The translations under genes were made by a program, and so were the position numbers. A stretch of 36,487 bases of DNA, taken from positions 1-36,487 of the IMG/VR virus record IMGVR_UViG_3300020043_001112; one strand, 5' to 3'. The notes under the pieces were generated by a model. It ran no database searches. It was not told the origin of the DNA and saw nothing but the letters and a program-made list of their open reading frames with translations. Shown one piece after another: positions 16,293 through 25,791 of this stretch; positions within the stretch are counted from its first letter, which is position 1, and the number at the start of each line of letters is the position of its first letter. This DNA comes from a virus. Its lineage: Duplodnaviria > Caudoviricetes.

Positions 16293-16780
16293 CGTCCAGC
16301 ACTCCGCCAATCAGGGAAGTCATTTTCGTCAACTACGCCATCGCCATTGGCATCATAGCGCAAGTCGTTACGATACTTCTCCCACGGGGCCATATCGTCG
16401 TCATCATCGTCATCAGCCAGGTCAAGTTCTTCTTGAACAGGAGCAGCCATAGGCGCAGGCTGCGGTGCTACAGGCTCTGGAGCGGGTTCAGGCTCCACAG
16501 GTGCAGGCTCTTCAGGCTTAGGGTCACGAGCATTCGCATTGAGGCTCAGACCGCCCAGAAGGCCAACAAACGCACCGATGATGGTCTGGAATGCCGGATT
16601 AATCATCTCCAGCACCGCAGTGCTATCAACAATGTCGTTCGGCATAAACAGGCCAACAACCAGTGCTAATACGACGACCAGAATGACCGTCGATAGCGTT
16701 ACAACAGCAGTGCGGATGGTAAACTCTACCGTATCCTCAATGCCGTCTTGTTTACTTTCAAACTTATCCCAGAAACTCAT
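16289..16780 (-). CDS. Two-TM membrane protein (holin candidate) with C-terminal EF-hand/dockerin-like loop
   Basis: Two hydrophobic segments, Pro/Glu linker, poly-Asp, DANGDGVVDENDF; directly upstream of the endolysin. Confidence 0.65.
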   Translation of the reverse strand: MSFWDKFESKQDGIEDTVEFTIRTAVVTLSTVILVVVLALVVGLFMPNDIVDSTAVLEMINPAFQTIIGAFVGLLGGLSLNANARDPKPEEPAPVEPEPAPEPVAPQPAPMAAPVQEELDLADDDDDDDMAPWEKYRNDLRYDANGDGVVDENDFPDWRSAGR

Positions 16781-17295
16781 TCGTCCCTCCCAGCAAGCGG
16801 ATTAGCAAGGGTGCGCTGTATCTTGGCATCTAATTCGCCTTGAATTTCCTTTATACGGCGCTGTTGCTCCAAATCCTGTGCGCGAAGCTCATTGATAATC
16901 GCACGTTGAGATTGAAGCGTCTCCCTTTCCGATACTTGCGTCCTTGCAGTTACAGCATCAACCGTCTGACGGGCGCTCATTACGCTATTCCCAAGGCTCC
17001 CAGACAGCGCGGCGAGATTATCCGACAAATACTTCGTAGTTTCAAGGTTCATTCTAATCATACGCTCATTACTGTCCTGGCGCTCCTTCATTTTGTTGAA
17101 GTCATCGCCCATTGCAGCGTATGTCGCAGTAACTTCCTGCATCGTTAGGAACTGCTGATAAACTTGGAAACCAGCCCATAGGCCGCCAACAATCGTAGAG
17201 ATGGCAGCAAAGATAATCGCAATCTTGCCGCTGCTTAGGCCGCCAACGTTAAAGCTGAAGCCGCTTTCGTCAAAAGAGATTTTATCGTCACTCAT
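16777..17295 (-). CDS. Single-TM coiled-coil protein
   Basis: IAIIFAAISTIVGGLWAGF followed by a long heptad-like region. Confidence 0.7.
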   Translation of the reverse strand: MSDDKISFDESGFSFNVGGLSSGKIAIIFAAISTIVGGLWAGFQVYQQFLTMQEVTATYAAMGDDFNKMKERQDSNERMIRMNLETTKYLSDNLAALSGSLGNSVMSARQTVDAVTARTQVSERETLQSQRAIINELRAQDLEQQRRIKEIQGELDAKIQRTLANPLAGRDE

Positions 17296-18898
17296 ATTGC
17301 TCATCCACCATTTGCTGCCAACGACCATCGCTCCCCTGCATCATTCTGTATAATATCATATTTGCGTCAGGAATGCGACGACCACGATAGATGTCCCTTG
17401 GCTGGTAAAACGGCAGATCAGGTATGCGGGCCTGCGTGTAAGCGGAATAGCCAACTGGAATAGCTGCAAGCTGGGTCATCGCCTCATTTTCGCCGCTATT
17501 CACATCGCCTACGTCGATATTCTGCCCAGCCGACATTTCACCCTGCATATTGAGCAATTCCATCTGCTGCGCCTGGCCTGATGGAGTAGATGTCTCGCTG
17601 CCAATCGTTGTGGTGATTACAGGCTGGAACGTGGGGCCTTCTGTCGGCTGTAAACTATAAGTTACACCAGCCGTCTCAGTTGTCGTTTGAGCGCCATGGA
17701 TTTGCTCATATTGGGCATCCGCCACTGCAACAAACGCAACGTCCTGAGATGTAACCTGTAGGACAGTCTCCCGTGCAAACAGATCAGCCTCTTCAACGGC
17801 CTCACGCTGGAAGAATGCTACGTTGCTGTCAGTGCGGGCTTCAAGTCCATTAGAAGCGATTACAGGGCCATTTGAACCTGACGGCCCCTGTGTAGCCTGA
17901 CGCGCCTCTTCGGCCTCCTGCGCCTCTTTAGCGACCGCCTCAAGCGCATTAGACACCTCTGCGGCTGTTGGGCCTTCCACTTGCTCTGAAACGCTCTCAG
18001 ATGAAGCTGATAGGGCTGCTAATTCGTCTGGACTTAGCCGCTCTTCCTCTGTCGCAGCCGCCTCTTCCTCTTCAATGACATCCATCACCTCTTCAGAAGT
18101 AGGTTCTACCACTATTTCAGTGGCAGTCTCAGTTTCCGTGGCAACTTCTTCAGCGATTACAGTCTCTTCAGCCTCTGGCTCCGCAATTTGCGCTACTTGT
18201 TCTTCAACAGCCTCTTCTTGCTGTGGCGTAACTGCAACAATTTCAGGCTCTGGGCTTGGGCCAATGACTACTGGGTTAAAAACAGGCTCTGGCTCCGGCT
18301 CTGGTGGGAGTGCGCCAGTGACGTATGACGTATTATCCAGTAGATTGACGTTCTGGCCGTAGAATATGGAGATGCTGTCAGCCATCGTCGGGCCAGTGAG
18401 GCCAGCGGTGACTAAATGCCACTGGTTGTTTACGTCTCCGTAGTTCCACTGCACCTTTCCGTCAGGGAAAATAGCAATCTCGAACGTATTTGGCAGTCCA
18501 GAGCCGTATTCCTGCGTGTTATACCATCCGAATACAGCTTCGTTAGCGTTTGCTCGGTAATATGGGTTGCCGCCACTAATCAGGTCTGTCCAAAGACCGT
18601 AGATTGTATTGCGTGGAGCCTGTTCAATAGGTGAACCGTTGCAGCACAAATGCCCTACGTTGTTAAACGAGATAAACCCGTTGGATGATACCCATGCCTG
18701 GGTGAATGTCTGGCCGTAATACTCGAACGGAAAGGCTAGTTGCACCAGGCGCGTGCTATCGTCACCACCATTTAAGGGTGTCATCGTCTGTGGTGAGCCG
18801 ATGATTTGTGGCGGAATTGTGGCTGGGTTGTAGTCCTGTGCCGCAATCGGTGCTGAGATTAACGCCGCGAGGAGCGTTTGGGCTTGTTTTCTTCCCAT
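17288..18898 (-). CDS. Secreted protein with NIDO (nidogen-like) domain and acidic stalk
   Basis: Signal-like MGRKQAQTLLAALISAPIAA; DDSTRLVQLAFPFEYYGQTFTQAWVSSNGFISF; Glu-rich linker. Confidence 0.7.
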   Translation of the reverse strand: MGRKQAQTLLAALISAPIAAQDYNPATIPPQIIGSPQTMTPLNGGDDSTRLVQLAFPFEYYGQTFTQAWVSSNGFISFNNVGHLCCNGSPIEQAPRNTIYGLWTDLISGGNPYYRANANEAVFGWYNTQEYGSGLPNTFEIAIFPDGKVQWNYGDVNNQWHLVTAGLTGPTMADSISIFYGQNVNLLDNTSYVTGALPPEPEPEPVFNPVVIGPSPEPEIVAVTPQQEEAVEEQVAQIAEPEAEETVIAEEVATETETATEIVVEPTSEEVMDVIEEEEAAATEEERLSPDELAALSASSESVSEQVEGPTAAEVSNALEAVAKEAQEAEEARQATQGPSGSNGPVIASNGLEARTDSNVAFFQREAVEEADLFARETVLQVTSQDVAFVAVADAQYEQIHGAQTTTETAGVTYSLQPTEGPTFQPVITTTIGSETSTPSGQAQQMELLNMQGEMSAGQNIDVGDVNSGENEAMTQLAAIPVGYSAYTQARIPDLPFYQPRDIYRGRRIPDANMILYRMMQGSDGRWQQMVDEQYE

Positions 18899-19878
18899 GC
18901 CGCTGAAGCCTCTTTGCCGATTTTCCCTTCGTAAGGACAGGGCGTGCCAGCCATCTTCATAGCGTCGAAAACGCGCTCGTCCTGACATAGCAGGGACACG
19001 GCAGCCACACGCATACCCATATCATAGAGCGTCTTAGACAGCTTCAGGGCTTCGCAGTTCTTGTCGCGTATGGTCTTGCCGCCAGAGATGCCAAGGATTT
19101 GCGTCTGCACAGCCCCAGACACGCCTGTCGTGCAGAGGTCTTGGCTGTAGCTCATCATGCTCGGAGCGATAGCTGACGGAGGCGGAGACTTGATGTTCTG
19201 GTCAACCACCTGGCGGTTCACGCTCTCGCTGTAGCTTTTGCTGTCCGAGACGTTGACGTTGTTGTTCTGGTTGACGTTGCGGCTGTCTGAGGTGCTAACA
19301 GACGTATTCTGGTTCACATTCGTGCTAACCGAACGGCTGTCAGACACATTCGTGTTCATGTTGGTGTTGACGTTCTCAGATGTGCTGGTCGAGATGTTCG
19401 TGTTCAGGTTCGTGTTGGTTGACGAACTTGTCGCATTGCTCTCGCTGAAATTACGATTGGTGTTGAGGTTCGTCGATGTGGACGCACTCTCGTTCACGTT
19501 GCGGTTCGTGTTGACGTTGACGCTGTTAATCGTGCTGTTGTTCGTGCTGTTAACAGTCTGATTTACAGTGCTGGTCGAAACGTCCGTGTTCTGATTGATG
19601 TTGGTCGATGTGCTAGTTGACGTATTCTGGTTGATATTCGTCAGCGTGCCGGACTGAATGTTGTTGTTCGTGTTGACGTTTGTCGACGTTGATGTGCTGG
19701 TCGATGTCGAGACGTTATTGTTGTTGTTCGTATTGGTGCTGGTTGCCGTCGATGTAGACGTATTGACGTTGTTGTTGGTATTCGTCGCCGTCGATGTCGT
19801 GGTTGTATCGTAGACGTAGTTGGTCGATTGCGCGAACGCTGCCACAGGAACCAAGGCAAGTAGCAGAAGTTTACGCAT
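18859..19878 (-). CDS. Secreted Asn/Thr/Ser-repeat protein with Cys-containing C-terminal domain
   Basis: Signal peptide MRKLLLLALVPVAAFA; about 200 aa of N/T/S repeats; PPPSAIAPS...DLC...NCE...LLC...TPCP. Confidence 0.8.
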   Translation of the reverse strand: MRKLLLLALVPVAAFAQSTNYVYDTTTTSTATNTNNNVNTSTSTATSTNTNNNNNVSTSTSTSTSTNVNTNNNIQSGTLTNINQNTSTSTSTNINQNTDVSTSTVNQTVNSTNNSTINSVNVNTNRNVNESASTSTNLNTNRNFSESNATSSSTNTNLNTNISTSTSENVNTNMNTNVSDSRSVSTNVNQNTSVSTSDSRNVNQNNNVNVSDSKSYSESVNRQVVDQNIKSPPPSAIAPSMMSYSQDLCTTGVSGAVQTQILGISGGKTIRDKNCEALKLSKTLYDMGMRVAAVSLLCQDERVFDAMKMAGTPCPYEGKIGKEASAAWEENKPKRSSRR

Positions 19879-20096
19879 TAACGGTCCGCCTTATTGTCCA
19901 GCTTATCTTCAATCCGACGAAGGTGCATCATCACCTCGTCAAACTTCTTGTCGATGGCATTGAACTTCTCGTCACCGTATTCCAGCTTAGTCTCAAGAAT
20001 AGCCAGTCGGTTACTGAGTTGCGTCCAAACTCCAATGATGGCGAACACGCCAGCGATGACAGTAAGAAGAGTATCAACGCCGAATGACATATCCAT
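19878..20096 (-). CDS. Small TM + coiled-coil protein (holin/XhlA-like)
   Basis: One N-terminal TM helix; RRIEDKLDNKADR C-terminus. Confidence 0.7.
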   Translation of the reverse strand: MDMSFGVDTLLTVIAGVFAIIGVWTQLSNRLAILETKLEYGDEKFNAIDKKFDEVMMHLRRIEDKLDNKADR

Positions 20097-20098
20097 TG

Positions 20099-20449
20099 TT
20101 ATGCCCCAATTTCACTAATTAAAACCCAAGATTTATTTTCTTCATCCCATGAATATTGTTGACCATTTGAAGGATATGGAACAGGCGGCTCCCACAAGCA
20201 GCTTTCTTCATTTAATGACCAGCTTGGGTAAGTATGCGGTGGTATGAACGCATCGAGCTCTGCATCATAAGCATACCCAACTCCGGCAAAATTCTTGCGT
20301 AAAGGGCGACCTTCAGGATGTTGACCGCCATATGTGTTATATGATGTCTGCACCCAACCGTCGCCAAATAGGCCGCTATCAATCACACCCTGTTCAGCCA
20401 CAATAACCTGTGTGACAATTCCATTTTCGACTTTTGCAAAGTGCGCCAT
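20099..20449 (-). CDS. Conserved fibre-associated hypothetical protein
   Basis: MAHFAKVENGIVTQVIV...WVQTSYN...RKNFAGVGYAYD...DAFIPP...SW.L.E..C.W.PP. Confidence 0.8.
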   Translation of the reverse strand: MAHFAKVENGIVTQVIVAEQGVIDSGLFGDGWVQTSYNTYGGQHPEGRPLRKNFAGVGYAYDAELDAFIPPHTYPSWSLNEESCLWEPPVPYPSNGQQYSWDEENKSWVLISEIGA

Positions 20450-20451
20450 AA

Positions 20452-21219
20452 TTAGGCTCCGTAAACAAGAGCGTCGATTTCGACGCAAGCCGCTTTTACA
20501 AAATCAGGAAGTTCAACATCTATATTCCTGATTGATATTGTGCTTCTCACATCGTGCATACCTATTAGTCCATGCACCTCATCGTTCTCAGGCCGTTTGT
20601 GTTTAATATCTTCAAGGTAATGATTAAATTTTTTTAACTCGTAAAATTGATAAATGCGATCAATTTGACCTAATGGATCAGTTACTAAATCTCGATAATC
20701 TACAAAAAGCAACCTTTCACGAAATTCTGCTTTTGCTAACGAAATGGCCTCTGCGGCTCGACAAATAGGCTCGCTTCCATGCCGAATAAGATCAGAATAT
20801 AAATCACCTTCCCAACAATTTTTTATTCTCAGGAATGCCATAGACTTAATTATGTCTTCAGCTGGACGGACTAAAACGACAATTTTCTGATCTCCAAAAA
20901 CATTTTCAGACCACATCTTTAAATTAAGAGGATGTGTCCATGTTCGTCCTTTTTCTATGATAATGGATTGATCTACCTTTTTGTAATATAGATATGGAAG
21001 AGCAGATAAAACGTCATATTTAGTGGTAAATTTATTATTTGCTATAACTGCATCAAGTTCACACGCTTGTTTAGCATTCCACATTAATTGGCATAGGGCG
21101 GATAAACCTTCGCCGTAAATAGATGGATTTTGCGTGAGCAACGCAACAAGAAGCGTGGAGCCTGATCTGGGCATTCCACTTAATATAATAAATTGTTTAT
21201 CGAATTCTTTAATTACCAT
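20452..21219 (-). CDS. Sulfotransferase-family protein
   Basis: PAPS-binding loop ILSGMPRSGSTLL; IIEK; LVRP; FVDYRDLVTDP. Confidence 0.85.
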   Translation of the reverse strand: MVIKEFDKQFIILSGMPRSGSTLLVALLTQNPSIYGEGLSALCQLMWNAKQACELDAVIANNKFTTKYDVLSALPYLYYKKVDQSIIIEKGRTWTHPLNLKMWSENVFGDQKIVVLVRPAEDIIKSMAFLRIKNCWEGDLYSDLIRHGSEPICRAAEAISLAKAEFRERLLFVDYRDLVTDPLGQIDRIYQFYELKKFNHYLEDIKHKRPENDEVHGLIGMHDVRSTISIRNIDVELPDFVKAACVEIDALVYGA

Positions 21220-22028
21220 GTTATAGAGCCAGAAGCATTGAAAATATATATCCTATATCCTCCACTAATAGTGGTGGTTGGTGATCCAGTTACAGATGAT
21301 GCCTCCATGTATGTTTCTGGATAACGTATAATTACAATACCAGACCCACCAGAAGCTCCAGAACTAGTAGCACCGCCGCCACCACCACCTGTATTAGCAG
21401 CACCAGCCGTTGAACTTGAAGAGCCTCCATTGCCGCCGCCGCCTAAGCCACCGCTGCTATTATCTCTTCCGCCGCCGCCGCCGCCATAATAAGTTGATGC
21501 TCCGCTATAACTATTAGAAATTCCGTCACCGCCATTGCCGCCAGAAGCTCCTCCGCCAGTCCCCCCAACAGCCCCTGCGCCACCGCCGCCGCCAGCTTTG
21601 TATGAACCGCTTCCGCCCCCATCATTACCTTCTCCAGGTATGCCAGCCCCGCCTGGGCTTGACCTTCCTCCAGATGCAGCTCCGCCACCACCGCCAGACC
21701 CGCCGGAGCCACCAGCTATGAAGTTATATTTACCGCCACGCCCTCCACCAGTTGCTGAAACGAGAGCGCCAATACTTGAAGAATTTCCAGCTGTGTCTTG
21801 AGATCCGCCAGAGCCGACAGTTATTGTGTAAAGTGTGGATGCAGACACAGACAGATTTTGGCCGGTTTTTACACCCCCTGCGCCACCACCGCCACCATAA
21901 GAACTACCCGCGCCACCACCGCCAGCAACAACAAGATAATCAATTTGTGGCGGAGCCTGCGGACCGGAAATTAAAGTCCATCCATATGCTCTTGCAGAAG
22001 AAGCGCCTATTGTAGATGTCAAAGGCAT
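21213..22028 (-). CDS. Glycine-rich tail fibre / receptor-binding protein
   Basis: YLVVAGGGG, polyglycine tracts, ANTGGGGGG, GGSGIVIIRY. Confidence 0.8.
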   Translation of the reverse strand: MPLTSTIGASSARAYGWTLISGPQAPPQIDYLVVAGGGGAGSSYGGGGGAGGVKTGQNLSVSASTLYTITVGSGGSQDTAGNSSSIGALVSATGGGRGGKYNFIAGGSGGSGGGGGAASGGRSSPGGAGIPGEGNDGGGSGSYKAGGGGGAGAVGGTGGGASGGNGGDGISNSYSGASTYYGGGGGGRDNSSGGLGGGGNGGSSSSTAGAANTGGGGGGATSSGASGGSGIVIIRYPETYMEASSVTGSPTTTISGGYRIYIFNASGSITW

Positions 22029-22037
22029 ATTTTAAAC

Positions 22038-22856
22038 CTATGCAAACTTAGTCTGTGAGGTAAACGCAGTGAATGTTGCGCTACCAGTCTTCACGATTGT
22101 AATTACATAAGCATCAACGCTGCTAGCATTTCCTGAAGATGGGGCTGATCCGCCCTGCCACTTTGGAGTTACAGAGTTCCCATCAATCTGCAATGCACTT
22201 TGATAATAGGCAGTTGATCCCTGCTGAACTAAAAACACAACAGTCAGAGATTGCCCTGTTGCCATAGATGCATTCAAAGTTGTTCCGCTATTGCCACGGA
22301 CGTTAAGCGTCCAGTTGGCTGATGCGTTTGAGGTATAATATAAAACTGTTTGCGTAAGCGCATCGTAGTTAATTGTCCCCGTAGCTGCCGTTGCAGAAAC
22401 AGTTACAGTCTCCAGCGCACCCGTAAGTGTCGGAATGTTAAGTGATTTATTAGTAAGCGTCTGAGCATCAGTTGTGCCTACAATTGCCCCAGTTGGCGCT
22501 GTAAGGGATGTTCCCCAAGCAGACCCAGTTGATACGGCAATACCCGAACTTGGGAAACCAGCTTTTGCATTCAACTGCGTCTGAATGTTAGACGATACAG
22601 TGTCGAGATAGCCAAGTTCCGTTGCGCTAATCGTCGCGCCGTTGGCTGTAATCGTGCCTGTCAGGGCCATAGTCCCAGCGACAGTGACAGTCTTACCAGC
22701 GCCTACGTTCAGACCAACGCTTGTGCCATTGCCTGCGGCTGCAAACAGCGCATCAACAAGGTCAAGGTCGGTGTTTAGCTTGGTCCCCCAAGTATCGGCA
22801 GAAGCGCCTACTTCGGGCTTGGTAAGACCAAGGTTAGTTGTGGTTGTATCAGCCAT
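22038..22856 (-). CDS. Tail fibre protein
   Basis: [28 protein letters not shown] anchor; QTLTNK motif; C-terminal beta domain. Confidence 0.78.
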   Translation of the reverse strand: MADTTTTNLGLTKPEVGASADTWGTKLNTDLDLVDALFAAAGNGTSVGLNVGAGKTVTVAGTMALTGTITANGATISATELGYLDTVSSNIQTQLNAKAGFPSSGIAVSTGSAWGTSLTAPTGAIVGTTDAQTLTNKSLNIPTLTGALETVTVSATAATGTINYDALTQTVLYYTSNASANWTLNVRGNSGTTLNASMATGQSLTVVFLVQQGSTAYYQSALQIDGNSVTPKWQGGSAPSSGNASSVDAYVITIVKTGSATFTAFTSQTKFA

Positions 22857-22864
22857 CTTTTACC

Positions 22865-23440
22865 TCATGCCGCTTCAAGATATTCGGGGAAGCCTTTAAC
22901 CGTCCAAGTTTCTGCTGTAACAGAAATTGGTGTCCATGTCTCTGCTGTTATTGGTTGCGGCTCCCATTTCTTAACAGCAGTCACTGTAACGCTAGAAACA
23001 CCGCTAATTGCAACGCTTCCAACTCGGACAAATCCAGCTTTAACGGTTACAGATGAAGCCGCAGTTGACGCAACAACACCACCAGCTGTGTAATTAGCCG
23101 AAACCGCAACAGAAGACGCTGACGCAGATGCTATTTGCCCAATTACAGACGTTCCACCAGCAGCAATTACAGAAGATGCCGCAGAAACGGCTACAGAAGC
23201 GTCTACAACGCGAACAGCATCAACTTGGGTAGTAGATACCGCATTGGCCTCTACAGCGCCGTCTGTGCGCTCTCCAGCCGTGACGCTAACAGATGAGACA
23301 GCGTTGCTCTCAAGAGCCGCTTCCTTGACGATTACAGCAGTAGCCGTGGTTGTGGATGACGCAGTTACAGATACCGAACCCTCAATCGGGTCGATACCGT
23401 AGGAGCCAATCCCAAATAGGCCGCTGCCGTAGCCTGCCAT
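22865..23440 (-). CDS. Putative virion structural protein (Ala/Ser/Val/Thr repeats)
   Basis: GYGSGLFGIGSYG N-terminus, repeated beta-rich units, ETWT repeats. Confidence 0.7.
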   Translation of the reverse strand: MAGYGSGLFGIGSYGIDPIEGSVSVTASSTTTATAVIVKEAALESNAVSSVSVTAGERTDGAVEANAVSTTQVDAVRVVDASVAVSAASSVIAAGGTSVIGQIASASASSVAVSANYTAGGVVASTAASSVTVKAGFVRVGSVAISGVSSVTVTAVKKWEPQPITAETWTPISVTAETWTVKGFPEYLEAA

Positions 23441-23443
23441 CTA

Positions 23444-23824
23444 TTAGTCCAGCGTAATGTCGAAGTCGCCAGCAGGGATGCGGAACACATCGCCGCTGTC
23501 AATCGTCTTGGACGTAGCAAGACCGCCATAGGCCAGCATATTACCGCCAGTGGAAGCGTCGAAGATGGCAGCGTAGGTGATTGTCCCCCACGATGCCGAA
23601 GCAGTCGGAAACTCTACAGCAGCCGTGTTGGATGCAAGGTTAGCAGCAACCGTGAAAGCAGCCGTTTGACGAGCATAAGAGCCGCCAGAGACTTCCGTGC
23701 CGCCACCAGCTTCGCCGGGATTAGACGTAAACAGGCCGACATACAGTGTTGCAGGCGCAGTGTAGGCCGTTGCACCAAAAACGTGCAGCAGAACCTTGTT
23801 TTCGAGATAGTTAGAGAACGACAT
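23444..23824 (-). CDS. Virion structural / fibre-associated protein
   Basis: MSFSNYLENKVL...EVSGGSYARQ...FPTASASWGTIT...DASTGGNML. Confidence 0.78.
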   Translation of the reverse strand: MSFSNYLENKVLLHVFGATAYTAPATLYVGLFTSNPGEAGGGTEVSGGSYARQTAAFTVAANLASNTAAVEFPTASASWGTITYAAIFDASTGGNMLAYGGLATSKTIDSGDVFRIPAGDFDITLD

Positions 23825-23834
23825 TTATAGCTCC

Positions 23835-24455
23835 TTAGCCAAAAGACCGAATACGCGGTGTTAATTTGCTGCTGCCAATTCTAGCACGTTCGTCAGCAAT
23901 TTTCATGTCATTAACAAGCGTCTGATAAAGGCCAGCCCAGACACCCGTGCGCTCATCTTCCTTCAGATATGGCGCAGACTGAACCAATGTCGCGTAAAGA
24001 TATACGTCAGGAGCCTCTGTCAGCAGCCAATTGGTCGGTGCAGCATCGCTCAGAGCGGGGATTTTGGCGTAATACAGCAATTCGCCCGTGTAAGAGCCAT
24101 CAGGAGACGGCAATACCTGAAACTGCTGGCCTACCATCGTGTAGAACATGGGCTGGCCGGACGTAATGTAGGTCTGGCTGTCCTCTGTAAGCTGTTCTGG
24201 GGTCACAAACACCAACGGAGTGATGGGGTTCGTGTTCAACTGGAAGCGAATGTTCTCCTGCCAATCGCTTGGAACAGCAAAATACGGCGTATCCAGAGTT
24301 GCGTCTGCCCGTGTCACCATCTTGCGGTGGCGGATTTGACGGTTCATCTGCGCTTCAGCAAGGGCGATGAAGTTAGGAATAGCAGAAGTAAGGTCGGAAC
24401 GGTTCAACCAGTCCGCTACTGCCGTTTTCAACTCTGAATAGGTCGTAATAGCCAT
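23835..24455 (-). CDS. Head-tail adaptor protein
   Basis: TYSELKTAVADWLNRSDL...FIALAEA...TNWLL..APDVYLYATL. Confidence 0.78.
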   Translation of the reverse strand: MAITTYSELKTAVADWLNRSDLTSAIPNFIALAEAQMNRQIRHRKMVTRADATLDTPYFAVPSDWQENIRFQLNTNPITPLVFVTPEQLTEDSQTYITSGQPMFYTMVGQQFQVLPSPDGSYTGELLYYAKIPALSDAAPTNWLLTEAPDVYLYATLVQSAPYLKEDERTGVWAGLYQTLVNDMKIADERARIGSSKLTPRIRSFG

Positions 24456-24763
24456 TAAATCGTTCCCGGCCTTGTGCGGAATGCTCTGTTGTCAGGGTCA
24501 TTCAGCCATTTAGCGAGTGCCTTCTGGTCATGCAGGATGCCTTGGCGCTCAAGCTCGTAATACACTGAAATGGGAATAGAGCCAACCTTCGTCCACTCAC
24601 CCCAGCGTTCGGGGGCTTCGTTAAATTCCGCTTTGTTGGCTTCAATGATAGCCGTTACATCCTGTTCCTTCTGGATGATCGCCTCATCTTTGTCAGCGTC
24701 ATAGTGGAACGAGGTTACGATGCCAGTTGTGGCGCTATCATCTTCGATAATTCGTTTGGTCAT
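24455..24763 (-). CDS. Conserved hypothetical protein after capsid
   Basis: GGAGG RBS; VGSIP...KWLNDPDNRAFRT. Confidence 0.75.
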   Translation of the reverse strand: MTKRIIEDDSATTGIVTSFHYDADKDEAIIQKEQDVTAIIEANKAEFNEAPERWGEWTKVGSIPISVYYELERQGILHDQKALAKWLNDPDNRAFRTRPGTI

Positions 24764-24781
24764 TTTCCCTCCAAAGAGTTA

Positions 24782-24805
24782 GGGGAGAGGCCGAAACCCC
24801 TCCCC
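24782..24805 (-). terminator. Hairpin after capsid gene (weak terminator or stabiliser)
   Basis: GGGGAGGGG-TTTCGG-CCTCTCCCC on the minus strand; poor U-tail. Confidence 0.65.
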
Positions 24806-24814
24806 ACACCCATC

Positions 24815-25777
24815 TTACGAAGTCGTAAGGTCGGCGACAATGCCGTGTGCAGCCTGGTTGGAAACCTTCAGGCCGTATTCGACGAGCATCAGGCGCTTCT
24901 CAGCGTCACCCGTCTTCGCCAGTTCCATCTGCTGGATCGGACGCAGGATGGCGAGCGAAGCATACTCAGGATCAACCACGAAAGCGTCACGAGCGCGCTG
25001 GAAGCGGTTCGGAACGATGTTCACGGTGCCGAAGTCCGACACATAAACGTCAGCCGCGCCGATGATCTGAGCCTGCTGGCCAGCCGGAACGTCACGGAAC
25101 TTCGTGGCGATGCCGGAGAATGCCGAAGCAGCCTGCTTGTTGAATGCACCAACCATGAGCATCTTCGGAGTGCCGCCAGAAGTCCAGACTTCAGCGATAA
25201 CGTCCTTCAGAAGAGCTTCGGTGAAGGCACGCTGAGTGCCGTCCGTACGGGCAGCAGTCGGGGTCGAGCCAACAGTCGGGTCAGCACCGCCCGTGCCAAA
25301 CGAGGTGTTCGAGGTCAACCAAGCAGGCAGACCAGCCGTGCGACGAGCAGTCGTGGTGTTACCAGCAACAGCGGCTTGGTTAGCGAGCAGTGCGCTTTCC
25401 ATGTCACGCTTCAGTTCAGCGCCCATCTTGGCGAGCTGATAGGTCAGTTCCGAGCGACGGCCAGCCTTATCAACGGCTTCGAGCGTGCCGGAGATGATGA
25501 CGTTCTTCGTGCTGATCTGCGTGTAGTTGCCAACGCGAGCAGTCGGCGTAACAGCTTGGAACGAAGAGATGTCGTCACCTTCGAGTGCGGCGTTCGAGGC
25601 CGAAGCAGCCGACAGAGCGTCCGTCTGCCATTCGAAGTAGGTGTTCTTCACGTTCTCGCGTGCGATGTTCGCAATGAACGGAGTTTCTTCCGGCGAGATG
25701 TTGTAAATGACGTTCGACAGGTCTTCACGGATACCGATAGCCGAGTAACGGGTGAAGGTATTAGTAACAATAGCCAT
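24815..25777 (-). CDS. Major capsid protein (DUF5309/SU10-like)
   Basis: GIREDLSNVIYNISPEETPF...EWQTD...NYTQI...ELKRDME...YVSDFG...LAKTGD; strong codon bias. Confidence 0.92.
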   Translation of the reverse strand: MAIVTNTFTRYSAIGIREDLSNVIYNISPEETPFIANIARENVKNTYFEWQTDALSAASASNAALEGDDISSFQAVTPTARVGNYTQISTKNVIISGTLEAVDKAGRRSELTYQLAKMGAELKRDMESALLANQAAVAGNTTTARRTAGLPAWLTSNTSFGTGGADPTVGSTPTAARTDGTQRAFTEALLKDVIAEVWTSGGTPKMLMVGAFNKQAASAFSGIATKFRDVPAGQQAQIIGAADVYVSDFGTVNIVPNRFQRARDAFVVDPEYASLAILRPIQQMELAKTGDAEKRLMLVEYGLKVSNQAAHGIVADLTTS

Positions 25778-25791
25778 TATTTAAGTCCTTA

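Noticed and set aside
21380-21930. CCG/CCA repeat tracts as a DNA repeat or CRISPR element
   Set aside because: Explained by polyglycine codons; there is no repeat-spacer structure.
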